From Chara braunii (lineage: Eukaryota; Plantae; Charophyceae), in assembly GCA_003427395.1 (NCBI GenBank), contig BFEA01000018.1:3006622-3060024 (forward strand): DNA of 53,403 nt, read 5' to 3'. Shown in pieces: positions 24,650 through 36,607 of this stretch. Numbering within the stretch: the stretch's first letter is position 1; each line of letters starts with the position of its first letter. The notes beneath the pieces are model-generated. The model was given only the letters and a program-made list of their open reading frames with translations, searched no databases and was not told the DNA's origin. Both the position numbers and the translations under genes were made by a program.

Positions 24650-26695
24650 GCGAATGCCAACAGAGAGCCTAACCACAATGCCCCACCCTGGTCAGTGAAA
24701 GCGACATAGCCAAGACGCGGACTCGAAACAAGTCAGTTTCGTCCCGCCACTTGAGCAGATGGCGGCCACCATGGAGGGTGCCTGCCATGCCAATCACGTA
24801 GTATTATACTAAAGGCATCGTGTGACCGTGTCATGTGAACTCTACCTATATGCCGCAAGTCCTGTCTAATGGCCACCCGATCTCCTTCCCTCCGCGTGGG
24901 ACCTTGCCTGAGAATTTGGTACCAAGACAGGGGGACAGCCTCGGTGAGGGTGTCCAGCCTCTGCTCTATGTGGTGGCAGTACCGAAGAGTGTGATGGAGC
25001 TGTCCTGCAGATTTTCACTCTTTTTCTGATCTAAATCCCATAAGTTTTTTACTGGAAATACCCCATTCTTGACTCACCCTTTCCAGGACGGGGCTGAACT
25101 GCACATGATTTGCCCTTGTTGATCCGTTATCCACCAATTACCAAAGAGGGGTTGTGGGAAGACCTCCCAACATTCCAGAGGGGATTTCTTTGGGAGCGGG
25201 AGTTCGCCAGATCTTTAGAAAGGACTGCTAGAACTGATGTAGGGGCTGATCCCTTTCATTATCATCAACCGTCCCCCCCAAGAAAACGGTTGGAAGTTTG
25301 CAGGAGATCAGCCATATTAGAGGGTGCACTCCTGGGCGTGTAGTTGGGGCAAGGCGGGCAAGGTGCTCACGAGCGAAGACTCTCCATGGACTTTGGAAGG
25401 AAAATATCAGTTTCTTCACCCATTAAGGCGGAGGGCCTGGGCCTGTATGTATGGTGAATGATCCCACGGTGCCCTCCGATTTTGGGTTGAATTACCACTT
25501 CCAAGGCGAGCCGGTTAGTTGCATTTGCATCCGGGGTCTCACAGTCGCCTCTTGAAAGAAAAGCAGCCACTTTCAACTGAAGTGATTGCAGTGCCACTTT
25601 ACTCAATGGTCAGAGTAAGGATTTATAATTTTATAGTACAAAGTGACAGTTAAAGCTCTGCCGAGAAGGGAAGTGGGCTTGCTACGCCAGCCAGACAGTT
25701 TAGCCAAAGCCGGAGAGGTGATCCATTCCTCATTGGTTGGGGGGCGACCAATGGTTGTCAGGGATAACCCCAAGATCCTGATTGGGGTGTCAGGGGGAAG
25801 CCAGGATATATTGGGGGTTTCCAAAGGATGTCCCCCTTGATCATGAGTCCACCATGCCTGAGTTTTACTTCCCCACTTAACCATCATGTTGGAAACCACG
25901 AGGCGTTCGATTTCTTTCATGTTTCCGAGGGTGACATCCACCATAATAGTGAGGTCGACTGCAAAAAAGGAACACACAGGGACTGTCTCTCCTGGGATCT
26001 CCATGAGCCTGATTCTGGTGATGTCCTTGTTTTTGTGTAGAATCTGCAGAATGGTCAACAGGGCTTCCAAAGGGATATAGAAAAGGAAGGGTGCTATGAG
26101 GTCCCCTTGGCGTAGAGACCGTTCGAGCTTTATTGGTAGAGCCAGTGAGCCATTGATCTGAAATTCTGAACCCGGGTGGTGACACTTTGGTAAAAACTTC
26201 TCACCCATCGTCCAAAATATAAGGCCAAAGTTCATTTTCCCCAGCCTCTCATCTAAGGACTCCCAATGTACATGACCATAGGTCAAAATAGATGAAAATA
26301 AAGGGCGCATTTTGGTGTCGATGCCTGGATAGTTGAAACATCTTGCTAACCAACAAGACGTTTTCTTGGGTCTTTCTATTCTGTATGAATCCAATTTGTG
26401 AGAGGTTGATGCTCCATCACCTCTATCATCCTCTTGGCCAAGGCTTTGGGCAGCATTTTATATGTTATTGTCAATAGGGTAAGAGGGCAATAATTTCTAA
26501 TATTGACTTTGCCCTCTTTCTTATAGAGGGATAACACTCCTTGGCCCACCATCTCCCTCATGCACCTCTTGAGTCAGACCTCGCGATAGAAGTCTAGCAC
26601 ATCTTGACTCATGAACTCCCACGTGGATTCCCATAATTCTTTTAGGAGGCCGTCAAGGCCGGGTGTCTTCTCCTCATCCGTCTGCATGAGGGGTG
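24650..26695 (-). pseudogene. LINE ORF2 reverse-transcriptase pseudogene
   Basis: KTPGLDG, YKKEGKVNIRNYCPLTLLTITYKML.KALAKR, INGS...I.L.RSLRQGDLIAPFLF, FAVDLT (eroded F/YADD) and IRILG; several frameshifts and stops. Confidence 0.93.
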
Positions 26696-26731
26696 TCCTC
26701 CTCCTTCCTTTCCCATTTCCACTCCCTCACA

Positions 26732-28793
26732 TGTGACGCTCAACCTCACGCCCTGTGCTACCTTCCGGTTGGAGTGTTTTGGTTTGCGGAAAGGGGCCCG
26801 GGAAAGGCAGCAAAGATGGGGTGTGCCAAGGATTTTTGGAAAATTGAGTGCAGGGACACAGACAAAATTGAAATCCCCCGTGTTGGTCCGACTGGAGCAA
26901 GACGAAGATCCGTCGCCGCGCGGGTTTGACGGGAGAAAAAGGCGCGTGCGGGACTTGCACCTATAGGAGATTCAATCCAAAAAGTATCGTTGAACTTCCC
27001 AGCGAACCATCGCTCTACGTTTCGAGTGAAAAGGGGCAAGTACACACGTCGTATTCCGTTTGCGGATGAGGTCCCGTCGGCGTTCGCTACACAATTCCGA
27101 ATCCGACGTGGAGGGCCTCAATCGAGTGGCTCTTTCCTTGTGCTCGTCCTCGCCGCGTGTGCGGTAGTGGAATCCCTTGGCCTAGTAACGCTCGAAGCGG
27201 TGGCAATCGCTGCACATAGTATTAGGCCAATGAGGTTCCACTGCCGTCCACGGTACGACGATTAGTTCGTTAAAGGGCAGTAACAACGAATGTGGCGGGA
27301 AGTGCGTATCGATGATAACAAAACCCGCACCGACAAATCTAGAACACCGAGTTTCGGGAGGAAAGAAGTAACACCCTTCGATCTTGGTGACGACTTCTCG
27401 TACGTCCCACTCGCATACACATATCCTTTCCTTGTTGTATGGGAAGGGGTGTGGTGGGGGCACGGGAAATTGGCGCCCAGTCGGATTGGGGCCGTCAGTC
27501 CACATGGCAGCGAAGATAAGCTCAAAATAGATCTTCATCATACATCACTCCAAGCAATCAGATCGTTCAGTCGATCAACCATACAATCTTGCTATAACAT
27601 CTCTCTAGCACGACTCACCGCATGTACATACCGAATGAGAAGTAAGGTTTACCATAATTCATCCATTTCGATATAGCGTGACTGGAGGAGAGAGAGGGAG
27701 GGAGGGAGGGAGGGAGTATGAACGTAGACCAGGAGGGAAGAACGAGTGGAAAGCAATCACAGAATGCCCGACAATCTTGTCCAGGAAAGTTTCGGCTTAA
27801 AAGCTAAGTGATCGGATTTCATACTTGAAGATACAAATTTAGGGACAACAGAAAAGGAAGCATTTCTGCCATAAGATTCCACCATAGCCCCAGGCCATAC
27901 ACTCACTCACTTCCGACTCGAACCTCGAACATCTCACTTGCATTGACGATCTCGGCCGTCACGTGCCAAATCCACCATAGCGATCGTCACCCCGCCGACT
28001 TAGCCTCGGCACGGCTGTACTTGGATCCCACAGTTCGTCGGGCGATCCAACATACCGAGCGTCCAAACTACAGCCAGCTCGTTGGGACTTTTCGACTCGC
28101 ACCTTCATTCATACCATCTAGCCACGGGTTCCTGGAAGCGGGCAGATGAGTCGAGAGAGCGATTTTCGGGAGCGCTTGCGAAATTTATAGTTGCGGAAAA
28201 GAAGATATATGCTAGCAATTGTTAGGACTGAGACAGGGCGGAGTAGGGGAGGGCTCAGGGATTGCCCGACGAAAGCCATGTCGGTCCTTCGGATCCCAAC
28301 TGCAGCCAATCAGAATCGCCGTGTATCAGGAATTTCCTTCTTACACGGCGCGTCTTCTTGACTAAGGGAAATGAAAGGGGGTCGACAGGGTATTTCGGCG
28401 TGGAGATCAGAGCGGGAAGAAGAAGAGCGCGAAGAATAGCGTGAAACGGAACCAAGATTCAGACGATCAAGAAGAAGAGAAAAGTTGTGCAAGGTCAAGA
28501 GGGATATGGAAAACGGTTACAGAGAGAGGAGCGTGAGCGCGAAGAGGAGAGTGTAGAAGGCAGCGTGGGAAGCGGGGAGGGGAGGCTTGCATGCATGGCG
28601 CCGACGTGGAGGCAAAAAGGGCACCAAAACAATTACAACTATTTCAAATTGAAAAGTACCATATCCGCGCGGTAGGGCAAGCACGGGAGAAAAATCCTAT
28701 GCCTATTGAGATTCCTACGAAAGTTCCTAGAGCTTTCCAAGACGAGGTTGGGAACATTCAAGCGCAAGAAGGTCCGGGAACTAGCGCGTCACA
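26732..28793. mobile_element. Solo LTR (2062 bp) inserted in the LINE
   Basis: 8-bp terminal inverted repeat TGTGACGC/GCGTCACA and 4-bp TSD CACA (26728-31, 28794-97). Confidence 0.82.
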
Positions 28794-28859
28794 CACACCC
28801 CCTTTTTCCTTTGCCTCATCTATGTAGACCCAACCCTTGTGGCCTGGATCCACAGTCCT

Positions 28860-29640
28860 CCAGAGGGTCATCTTGAAGGGATCCTAAAGGATGCACCCTG
28901 GCCCTAGCACGTGTAGCAGGTTGATGCTCGTAGTCTGGAACTATGGACGCGGTTTGTGTACTGTGTGAATTTTGAATTCACGGCCTCCAATCTGAAACGG
29001 ATTTGAAAAATGTGATCGTCTGGCAGGTCTAGAACGACGATCAAATAATCCTCTTGGCGGGCAAAATATGGGTGCAATGAATCGATCAAATCGATGATGT
29101 CGTATTTCTGGGTGAGATCCTGTACAACTTCTGCCTGCATCTCGATTGGTACATGGCAAAATTCCACCCAATAATAATATGGCGTTAGCTGGTCTCTCTT
29201 CTTGTCCAGGCGTTGTTGTCGTTTGGGGGCCTATTTGCAGATATAGACTTCCGATAGGGCACATTGAATACTATGCCAAGTGTCGATCCGTCATTTGTTT
29301 GTGTCAAACAAACTGGTGACAGTAAATACCGATGATGAGACTGGTTGGATGAAAAAAGAGTCCTACGCCCCTTACTCGCTCCCGTTGATGGAGGCTAGCC
29401 TCTTTCTAGTGTAGCCAATCTTGTCATTGGTGGACTTGCACACTGCGTCATCGTAAAATACCCAGTTGCTGGCATGACGCCTATGAACCGTTTCGCTGCT
29501 GGACTTTGGATGCCGAAAGAGCTTTGACTCTGTGCTCCTTACCTCCCTGGCTGATCACTCGGTCTTCAGACTTCGTGAGAAACCGGTAGAGGAAGAAAGC
29601 GCTTGTCATTGCCAGGTTGTCCAACAATATCTTCTATTCT
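28860..29640 (-). pseudogene. LINE ORF1-like remnant (RRM/DUF4283-like plus zinc knuckle)
   Basis: FCHVPIEM...LIVVLDLP...IRF..YTN...TCYTC*GQG resembles plant L1 ORF1 ending in a CCHC knuckle; same strand as, and upstream of, the RT. Confidence 0.6.
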
Positions 29641-29704
29641 TCACCCGCATCCTCTCCCTCCCCCTGCTTGACTGACAGGGATTTGCCACTATAAGGACGC
29701 TTAA

Positions 29705-29795
29705 ACCACCAGCACCTCCACGTTTTTAGGCGGTTAACGCGGTGGATGAATTGGTGCATCGTGCGGGTCCATATGCATTTGCGGGTACTGGTGGT
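29705..29795. mobile_element. 91-bp TTAA-flanked mini inverted-repeat element
   Basis: TTAA-ACCACCAGCACC ... GGTACTGGTGGT-TTAA; the same end TTAAACCACCAGTAC occurs at 52752-52766. Confidence 0.55.
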
Positions 29796-30225
29796 TTAAC
29801 CTTCTCAAAGCAGGAGGCGGAGGGGGAGGCTGGGGTGGCTTGAGCTTCGATTTTTTCTCTATCGTCTTCCCCTGAACAAAACGCACGTATGTACAATTCA
29901 ACTTTCCTTGGAAAAGTCAATTTCTCGGAGTGTCCCCCTGAAATCCAATTAGTATGCACATGCAAATAGTACGCATGTATGTTCTATTCGAAAAGTACAC
30001 AAGTGTGTTCTATTCAAATAGTACGCAGGCCCATTCTTGGCTGGCTGGCATGCGTTCTTGAAGCCTTTCGTGAGTTGCGTGTTTCCTGAAGTCTTTCGGG
30101 ATGGTGTGTTGCTCAAAGGCACTCGTTGGAGAAGAGCGCTCAATTGCACCTGCGCTAGTCGAGTTGTTGCTGTCGGATCGACCAGGTGCCAACGTCTCTA
30201 TCGCACAGGGGAAGAAGATCAGAAG

Positions 30226-30306
30226 CAGTAGTAGTAGCAGAAGGAGGAGAAGGAGAAGGAGGAGGAGGAGGAGAAGGAGAAGGAAGAGGAGGAGGAGGAG
30301 GAGGAA
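30226..30306. repeat. (AGT)/(AGG/AGA)n trinucleotide microsatellite
   Basis: Directly visible. Confidence 0.9.
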
Positions 30307-30598
30307 ATAGCGTGCGTAGCGGATCTTGGCGCGATTGATGGCGATGGCGATGGGGGATCTTGGCGGTTGATGGTGATGGTGGATCTTCGCGGCGCGTGAT
30401 GGATCTCGACGTCATTGCTGCAATGGTGACTTCGGATGGAGGTGCGTGCCGCGCTGCGCAGTTCAAATGCTACCTACAGTTGGTAGTGGGCCCGACAATT
30501 CAAATGCTATCTACAACCAGTAGCTGGGCCGATAGTTTGAATGCCACGAGTGGCCGGTATTGGGCCCGTGCACGAAACAAAAAAAGTTGTGTGTGTGT

Positions 30599-30690
<92 letters not shown>

Positions 30691-31099
30691 CAGGGTGTTC
30701 CCCTCCTTAGGGCAGGGTATTCCATGACTGGGGGGGCGGCACTCTTTTTTTTTTCTTTTTTTATTTTGCGCCGCATCGCGTACGGTGCACGATGCAGTGC
30801 GCGAGGTGCTTTAGACGGTTGGCGCGCACCTCAATGCGCCGCATGTTGCTTGCCATTGAGGTAAAACTGTTTCATTGTTGGATTGGCTCTTCTCAAGTGT
30901 GCTTTGTTGTCTACAATAAAGGTATAAGCTGCGTCGATATTGGATCTACTCATTTGGGTGGAACAGGGGCTGTTGTGGTGAAAATCTACAATGGACACAT
31001 AGCTTTTAGGGTCGCTGTTGAGGGCGGCCCCTCAAACAAATTGCCCGACCCATCTCTTAATTTTGGCGGGCGGGGGAACTCCGATCCAGTCCCCCTTGG

Positions 31100-31134
<35 letters not shown>

Positions 31135-31924
31135 CGGGGGACCCCAATTTCCACCCTTGTGGTGCACTGGATGTGCACGCCGCGTGCACAATGCCAGTGT
31201 GCCGCATAGGCGAGACTGGTGCGGACGTGATGTGCCACAAGTATGGTCCGTTTTTGAACTCCGTTGATTTTGCAACAACCTGTCTGGGTCCTGTTTGATC
31301 TTGGTCTTCGGTCTGAGCTTACAGCATCCGTTTGATTTTGTTGACTTGGGAATCATGTGTACCAGTACGGTCCTGATGAAAACCATTAGGGAATGCTCAT
31401 ATTAGGAATGTCTCTGTCTGTGATTACGGCCAGATTTAGCAGGAATATTATGAGTGTGAATTTCCCTTTTGTTTGCTTGAGAATCTAAAGCAAGATAGGA
31501 CTTGGGGTATAATTGGTCAATTCCTGAGTGTCCAGAATTGTGCGCGCACACACGTAACAGTGCAGTCTGGCTCCTGTGCTCGTCTTAGAAAACTCCAAGA
31601 AACAGGAGCACAATGCCATTGTAGTGTGCCGACTGATGAACCTTAAAGAAACTTCAATCCCCGAAAACAAGGAAGAGCCAGAGTTCCATTGAGGAAAAAC
31701 AACGTACCCACACTAAGACTTTGTGAATGTATGTGATTGGGATCATGGATGCCCCTTGATGTATCCGAGTGACCATTGATCAGTCGAGAAAGTCACTTGT
31801 GTGAGTACGCCCTGGAGGTCAACAATGGACTCCTTTTCCCTCTGCACACAACCCACTTCCTCTCCTCTGTGCTCCCCCCTCCGCTCTACTCCCTACTTGC
31901 TTCCCCCCTTCTACCGTTTTCTCT

Positions 31925-32050
31925 TTTGGAAACATTGCTTTGGAAGAGCTCAATCCAATGGGTGATAAGAGCGCCCCTTGAGTCAAGCCCTTCCAAAGAG
32001 GAGGGCTCCCACTGGTATGGAGCTCCACCTGCTGGAAACTGGCCCCAGTG
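31925..32050 (-). mobile_element. Orphan LINE/SINE 3' tail with conserved stem-loops
   Basis: CCAGTTTCCAGCAGGTG motif, a 25-bp stem with loop CGCTCTTATCA, and a terminal ATGTTTCCAA as in the LINE tail at 24024-24150. Confidence 0.75.
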
Positions 32051-34189
32051 TTTCTTCTGTTTTTTTAATTACTTTGGAGGCGGTGTCTTATTTCAGCACC
32101 GACTAACCCAACTTACCAAAGAACATATTTATGTATATATTTTATATTTTATTTACTTCGAAAAGTAATATATATATTGACAAATATTTTGCTAGAATGT
32201 CTTGCTCGGCCTGTGGATCATGGGTCATGATCGCACCCTGCTCATCCTCCCATTGGAATAGAACGACCAGACACCATGAATGTATTAATCACAAGTTTTA
32301 GGTTGATACGTGCCTTAGTGACAAGTTTTAGGTTAGATACATGCCTTTCATGTTCNNNNNNNNNNNNNNNNNNNNNNNNNNNNNNNNNNNNNNNNNNNNN
32401 NNNNNNNNNNNNNNNNNNNNNNNNNNNNNNNNNNNNNNNNNNNNNNNNNNNNNNNNNNNNNNNNNNNNNNNNNNNNNNNNNNNNNNNNNNNNNNNNNNNN
32501 NNNNNNNNNNNNNNNNNNNNNNNNNNNNNNNNNNNNNNNNNNNNNNNNNNNNNNNNNNNNNNNNNNNNNNNNNNNNNNNNNNNNNNNNNNNNNNNNNNNN
32601 NNNNNNNNNNNNNNNNNNNNNNNNNNNNNNNNNNNNNNNNNNNNNNNNNNNNNNNNNNNNNNNNNNNNNNNNNNNNNNNNNNNNNNNNNNNNNNNNNNNN
32701 NNNNNNNNNNNNNNNNNNNNNNNNNNNNNNNNNNNNNNNNNNNNNNNNNNNNNNNNNNNNNNNNNNNNNNNNNNNNNNNNNNNNNNNNNNNNNNNNNNNN
32801 NNNNNNNNNNNNNNNNNNNNNNNNNNNNNNNNNNNNNNNNNNNNNNNNNNNNNNNNNNNNNNNNNNNNNNNNNNNNNNNNNNNNNNNNNNNNNNNTGAAG
32901 CAATGAACTTGTAGCAACCAAAATGAACACGGATGGAAAAAAAACTACTAATGAAATGACACCCCCTTTGCTGCTGTTATTGATGTTATTGCAACAACCC
33001 TAACATAGTCCACCCTCCTGCAAAAAGGAACTAAAGTGCAAATAGCACTAGTACACGACCATACATCGGCCGCGGTGTCGAGCGCATCGGTCCCGCATCG
33101 CATAAGGGTGGGACCCTCCCGGTTGCGTCACGCAAGAATTGGTCTACCTCGTCGCGAATACACATGGAGCTTCCGCTAGCCGCTCTGGCCGAGTGCACCA
33201 GCCGTACCTCTCACGAGCCCCTACGACAGGATAGGGCCAACGCGAGGCACGACTTACCTCCACCTTACGGGAGCTATCACCTCCCTTCGGTGGGCGTATC
33301 CCCGCCGAGCTACCAGTCCACAGTACGAAAGCTAATCAGTTGCAATCGCAGAGGTGGACCAGCCGAGGGCATTTCTCGTTCACTCTACATAGGGGGTATG
33401 TGCGGTTTTTACGCCTATCTGACCCGCACGTGAACCGACGCACTGGGGGGCTGAAGTCCCAAGCGCGACTCGTCGTCGGTCGATTAGGATGTATCCCACA
33501 TACCACACGTTATACCACAACTCTCACGCACACGGAATGACACAAAACAAACAACACAACAACACTCCTAGTCCCTTTGGTAGCCATCCCATAACCTTTC
33601 GACGCGGAAAATCGGATAGGCGACACGCGTGAAACTTAGTATAAAACTGCGAGGACGCAGAGTCTTCCCATATCGAGTAGCAATGTATGAATATGCAAGC
33701 AGTCGCAATGATGGCGTACTATGTAGTGCCCATAGTCAATCGGTCCCTCGTGGATCCAAGTACCGCTTATGACACTGAAGTGTCAATCTCGAAGTATTGT
33801 GAGGGGCGACCCCTTGACGACACTGCACGGCTGAAGGAACAATCGTTTGGCCCCTGCGGCACCTTCAGCCCTTAGGCTGAGTGCCGCGATGGGCAGGGCA
33901 AATAGGCTCTGCGCGGGGTGATCCCTTGTACGTAGAGTCTGGGACCTGGGATGTCCTGGATAAGGATCTCGAATCCAGGCCCAGGACCAACGTCTGACTA
34001 AGAAACTTTTAAGAAGCAAAACGGTAAAGGAAGGGAGTCTCCTTCCGTTTCTCAATTTGAACCCCCATTAAACCCTCAGGCGTGGGCTCTTTAGGCCATA
34101 CAAACACTCAAACATCCCCTTCCACTTCCCCTCCACCTTCCTCTCTCTCTCCCCCTCCCTCTCCTTCTCCTTCCTCTTTTTGCCAGCAT

Positions 34190-34370
34190 CCTTTTCTTCT
34201 TCTTGTTCTTCTTCTTTTTCTTCGTCTTCATCTTCTTCTTCTTCTTCTTCTTCTTCTTCTTCTTCTTCTTCTTCTTCCTTTTTTTTTTTTTTTTTCCCTT
34301 CTTCTTCTTCTGCATCATTCGTATCTTTGTTTTCTTCTTCTTTTTCTTCTTCTTCTTCTTCGTCATCATT
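34190..34370. repeat. (TTC)n microsatellite with poly-T
   Basis: Directly visible; it explains the poly-K/F/L/S ORFs. Confidence 0.95.
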
Positions 34371-34619
34371 TGCCCCCCCACGCCGGCTGAGATCGACCCC
34401 TCCTTTGTCTTCGTTGTTTATATTGGGACGTCGGCAGGTTCGTTCATCCTCTCCTCCTCCCAGTCCCTCTTCCTCTCGACGTCGTGTTGATGCTAATCTG
34501 CGGGGTTCTTTGTCTTACTGACAACCTTCTCTGCCAGGTCGACGACGTTCATCATTCATGCGCCCCGCCAGATCAGACCTAGCTTTCCAGTGGTGACTGA
34601 ATCGGATTTGCGGGTAGAT

Positions 34620-35450
34620 CTACCAAATGCTTGTGGGTTGACAACCACAAATGTTTGCCTATAGGCTTATCAACGTCAATGTTATACTACTTCCCATTTT
34701 GTTACAATTGCTTATCAACTTGAAGTTGTTGAAAATCAGTTGTTGTATGACCATAATGGTCCACTGCCTGAAGGTAGTAATTATACTACCTCAGGAGGCT
34801 TTACTATAAATGTCTTACAACTAGCTTTCCACGATCACCACCTTCTTATATATCATGCGACGCCAGGCGATGACCTTAATGACCATCCTTATATTTCTGC
34901 CTGTATATTTTGCACAGACCCGGACATTATATGGCACTCATTCGTGCAACTGCCCAGTGGGAACTGTGGGATGGTGGGACAATGATTCAGGTTATTTTCA
35001 ACATAAATGAATTTCTGTGTGCATTACCGAATCATACTTTATTATGGATTATTGATGGACTCTCGTGTGACACCTGTCGGGACAGGGATGCCGTGCGTCT
35101 TGGCTGCGGAATTCATCACCTATGCCATCAACATTATCAATCTATTGCAACCGCCGCCGTCTGTGTCGAAGGGTGTCCAACATTTCCGCGTTGTATACAT
35201 CCTTATCACCTAGATATTCGCTGTCCCTTTTGGCCTCAAGGACGCTATCATGACTGCATGATGCCGCACTGTGATGAACGTCTTGCTGTTTTCTTGACAT
35301 GTGGACAACATGTCCTTTGTCAGGACTGTTTTGATGGGATGGTCCGTGCTAGTCGTTCTGCTGAATGCTGTGCTGAATTAGAACTCTCCTTGGGTATCCT
35401 TGTGAACATCCACGTCATCCTCAGCGTGCCTGTCCTATCTGCCGAGGTGG
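34620..35450 (+). pseudogene. Intronless pseudogene: USP/peptidase-C19-like His box followed by two RING-HC-like fingers
   Basis: YISA..LHRPGHYMALIR....WELWD, then CDTC-x9-CGIHHLCHQH...CPF and CMMPHC-x9-CGQHVLCQDC...CPICR (the last pair is frameshifted, 35431-35445). Confidence 0.65.
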
Positions 35451-35557
35451 GGGCTCCTCTTCCTGACTGTTCAATAAAATTAAGCGATCAGGAGCAATAC
35501 TGATTGTAGAACAGATAAAAAAAAGAAAGACAAAAAGTATAATTTTTGGAGAACAGG

Positions 35558-35588
<31 letters not shown>

Positions 35589-35689
35589 TGTTGAACTTTG
35601 TAGTGACAGTGACAATTGGTTTATCTGTGGGATGTGTCATTTGCTTTGTTTCTTTTTCTTTTCTTTGACCTTTCTCTTTCTCTTGCCTC

Positions 35690-35850
35690 TGTAAGGTTTG
35701 GTTTCCTCCTCCTTTTCTTTACCTCTTTGCCTTTTGGCTGCGTGCAAGTGGGTCCTTGTGACACACGGGGATGGGGGCAGCCAACGCTCAACCTGTTGTC
35801 CACGTGGCTGGCCTTGTACGTAAGAGGTGATGAACATGTGGGGTTTTCCT
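35690..35850 (+). repeat. Dispersed structured repeat, copy 1 (others at 46420-46570 and 46710-46802)
   Basis: CCTCTTTGCCTTTTGGCTG.GTGCAAGTGGGTC...TGACACA.GGGG.TGGGGGCA is shared by all three copies. Confidence 0.88.
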
Positions 35851-36607
35851 TCCTTCTTTTCCTTTCCTTTTTTTTTTTTTTTTTTCGCCATCGGGCCCTG
35901 ATTCACAGTGTGACAATATATATAAAAGGGGGGGGGGGTAATTACGTGACGATCACTTCTCACAATCATAGTGGGACTCCTCTCAGCCATATACATGTAG
36001 TCAATTTCAAAGTCTTAATCACAAAACATACTTGCAATCACATCAAAGAATCAACCAAAGGTCCACACACTACACGAGGTCAACTTCAACTATTTTCTAT
36101 ATTCATATCCCCCGCTTTGGCCATGCAAGCCCCAACCTTTGTCCAACCTTCCGAGAAAGCACCTTCGCTAAATGACCATTCAATAAAAGTCCGGGTGAAA
36201 ACCTTAATAAAACAATAGAACCACCAGGGCTAAAACCTTTTAGGTTGGGTAATGAGAATGGATTGGAGTTGAGTCGTAGACCGACGAATCGGCAATCGAC
36301 GTGTTATCAGTGATAACAGAAGGTGATCCTTGTGGGATTAAGCTGAAAATAGTCCAAATCTTGAATCAGAATGATCAAAATGACCTGTACCATAAAACAT
36401 GCCAATGCCCAAGCTAAGCTTATAAGTGTACGGAAAGTAAATCCTCACACCACTTTCCTTATCAAGAATCCTTCTAATAACTAAGCCTAAGTCTACCTCT
36501 AAGTCGATACCCTAGGAAATATAGACTTATGACAGAATCTCCCCTATACAGAGTGAATTGCCAGAATCGCCACGTGTCGAAATATAATCTATCTCCTTTA
36601 AACTAAA

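Larger units (their letters stand above)
23974..29690 (-). mobile_element. Decayed L1/Tx1-type LINE (ORF1 remnant, RT remnant, 3' UTR, (AAC)n/poly(A) tail), interrupted by a solo LTR
   Basis: RT motifs and an ORF1-like remnant lie in the expected order on the minus strand; tail at 23974-24024. The 5' boundary is approximate. Confidence 0.75.

Noticed and set aside
31628-31680. CTGATGA...GAAAC hammerhead-like core
   Set aside because: No stem II or flanking helices can be formed; the other CTGATGA sites I checked also fail.
35538-35557. Sm-site-like AATTTTTGGAG before a poly(A) run
   Set aside because: Too short to assign to any snRNA.
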